A DNA stretch of 64,000 bases, taken from contig OZ316891.1 of assembly GCA_973895155.1 (NCBI GenBank), positions 8,619,875-8,683,874 on the forward strand, written 5' to 3'. Shown here piece after piece: positions 63,360-64,000 of this stretch. Within the stretch, counting starts at the first letter, position 1, and the number at the start of each line of letters is the position of its first letter. The notes under the pieces were generated by a model. That model had not been told where the DNA came from, ran no database searches, and saw only the letters and a list, made by a program, of their open reading frames with translations. The stretch is from Marsupella aquatica (lineage: Eukaryota > Plantae > Marchantiophyta). The translations under genes were made by a program, and so were the position numbers.

Positions 63360-64000
63360 AAAACTGGAGAGTCATTCGTTCCACTAGAATCGCCATTTTC
63401 TGGGTTTCTTTTCCTTGTCTTGAACATTGACCTCAGAACAGTACAAAGAGAGGGGAAGGGCGTTTCTCTTCACTAGAATCACGACTTTCACGGTTTCGTT
63501 TTCTTGTGCTGAACATTCGATCACAGAGAAGAACAGTACGTAGCGACTGGGAGAGTCTTTCATTTTTCAGTAGTAGAATTCCCACTTTCTGGGTTCCTTT
63601 TCCTGTCTTCAACATTTGACCGCAAAGTACCAAGCGACTGGGAAAGTCTTTCTGTTTTCAGTAGTAGAATTCCCACTTTCTGGGTTCGTTTTCCTTGTCT
63701 TGAACATTTGACCGCAAAGCAGAAACAGTGCAAAGAGAGGGGGCGAGCGTGTTCCTTTGAGTAGAATCACCACTCTTAGTTTCCTTTTCTTGTCGTGAAC
63801 ATTCGATCACAAAGAAGAACAGTACCAAGAGACGGGGAGAGCCTTTCCTTGCAGTAGAATTGTCACTTTCTGGGTTTCTTTTCTTCGTCTTGAACAATTG
63901 ACCGCAAAGCAATTGACGACATCCAAATTAGTACAAAGAGAGGGGGGATTGCGTTTCTCTTCAGTAAAAGCACTGCTTTCTTGGTTTCTTGTCTTGAGCA
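63360..64000. repeat. Satellite-like tandem array (~85-105-bp diverged units) running off the window end
   Basis: AGTAGAAT...ACTTTCTGGGTT...TTTCCTTGTCTTGAACATT.GACCGCAAAG...AGTAC recurs about seven times. Confidence 0.85.

Overview
Eukaryotic nuclear DNA from a land plant, probably a bryophyte or lycophyte. This is inferred from GT-AG introns, an Iota-type CPYC glutathione transferase and plant Copia lineages. The left 44 kb carries five host loci: a spliced oligopeptidase B-like S9A peptidase (-), a spliced Deg/HtrA protease (+), an Iota-like GST (+), an intronless inositol monophosphatase (+) and a degenerate LecRK-type kinase domain (-). Mobile elements include a decayed Mutator-like element with ~155-bp TIRs, a Bianca-type Copia element with identical 109-bp LTRs, a second Copia element inserted in a LINE fragment, and a solo LTR. 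The main find is a ~9-kb Ty3/Gypsy-type retroelement (-, ~52.8-62.0 kb). Its pol frame reads protease, DNMT3-like C5 cytosine methyltransferase, RT, RNase H, integrase, PHD finger. It has no recognisable LTR pair, a CpG-rich 5' region and a body scarred by transitions. All calls come from reading motifs by eye; no searches were run.
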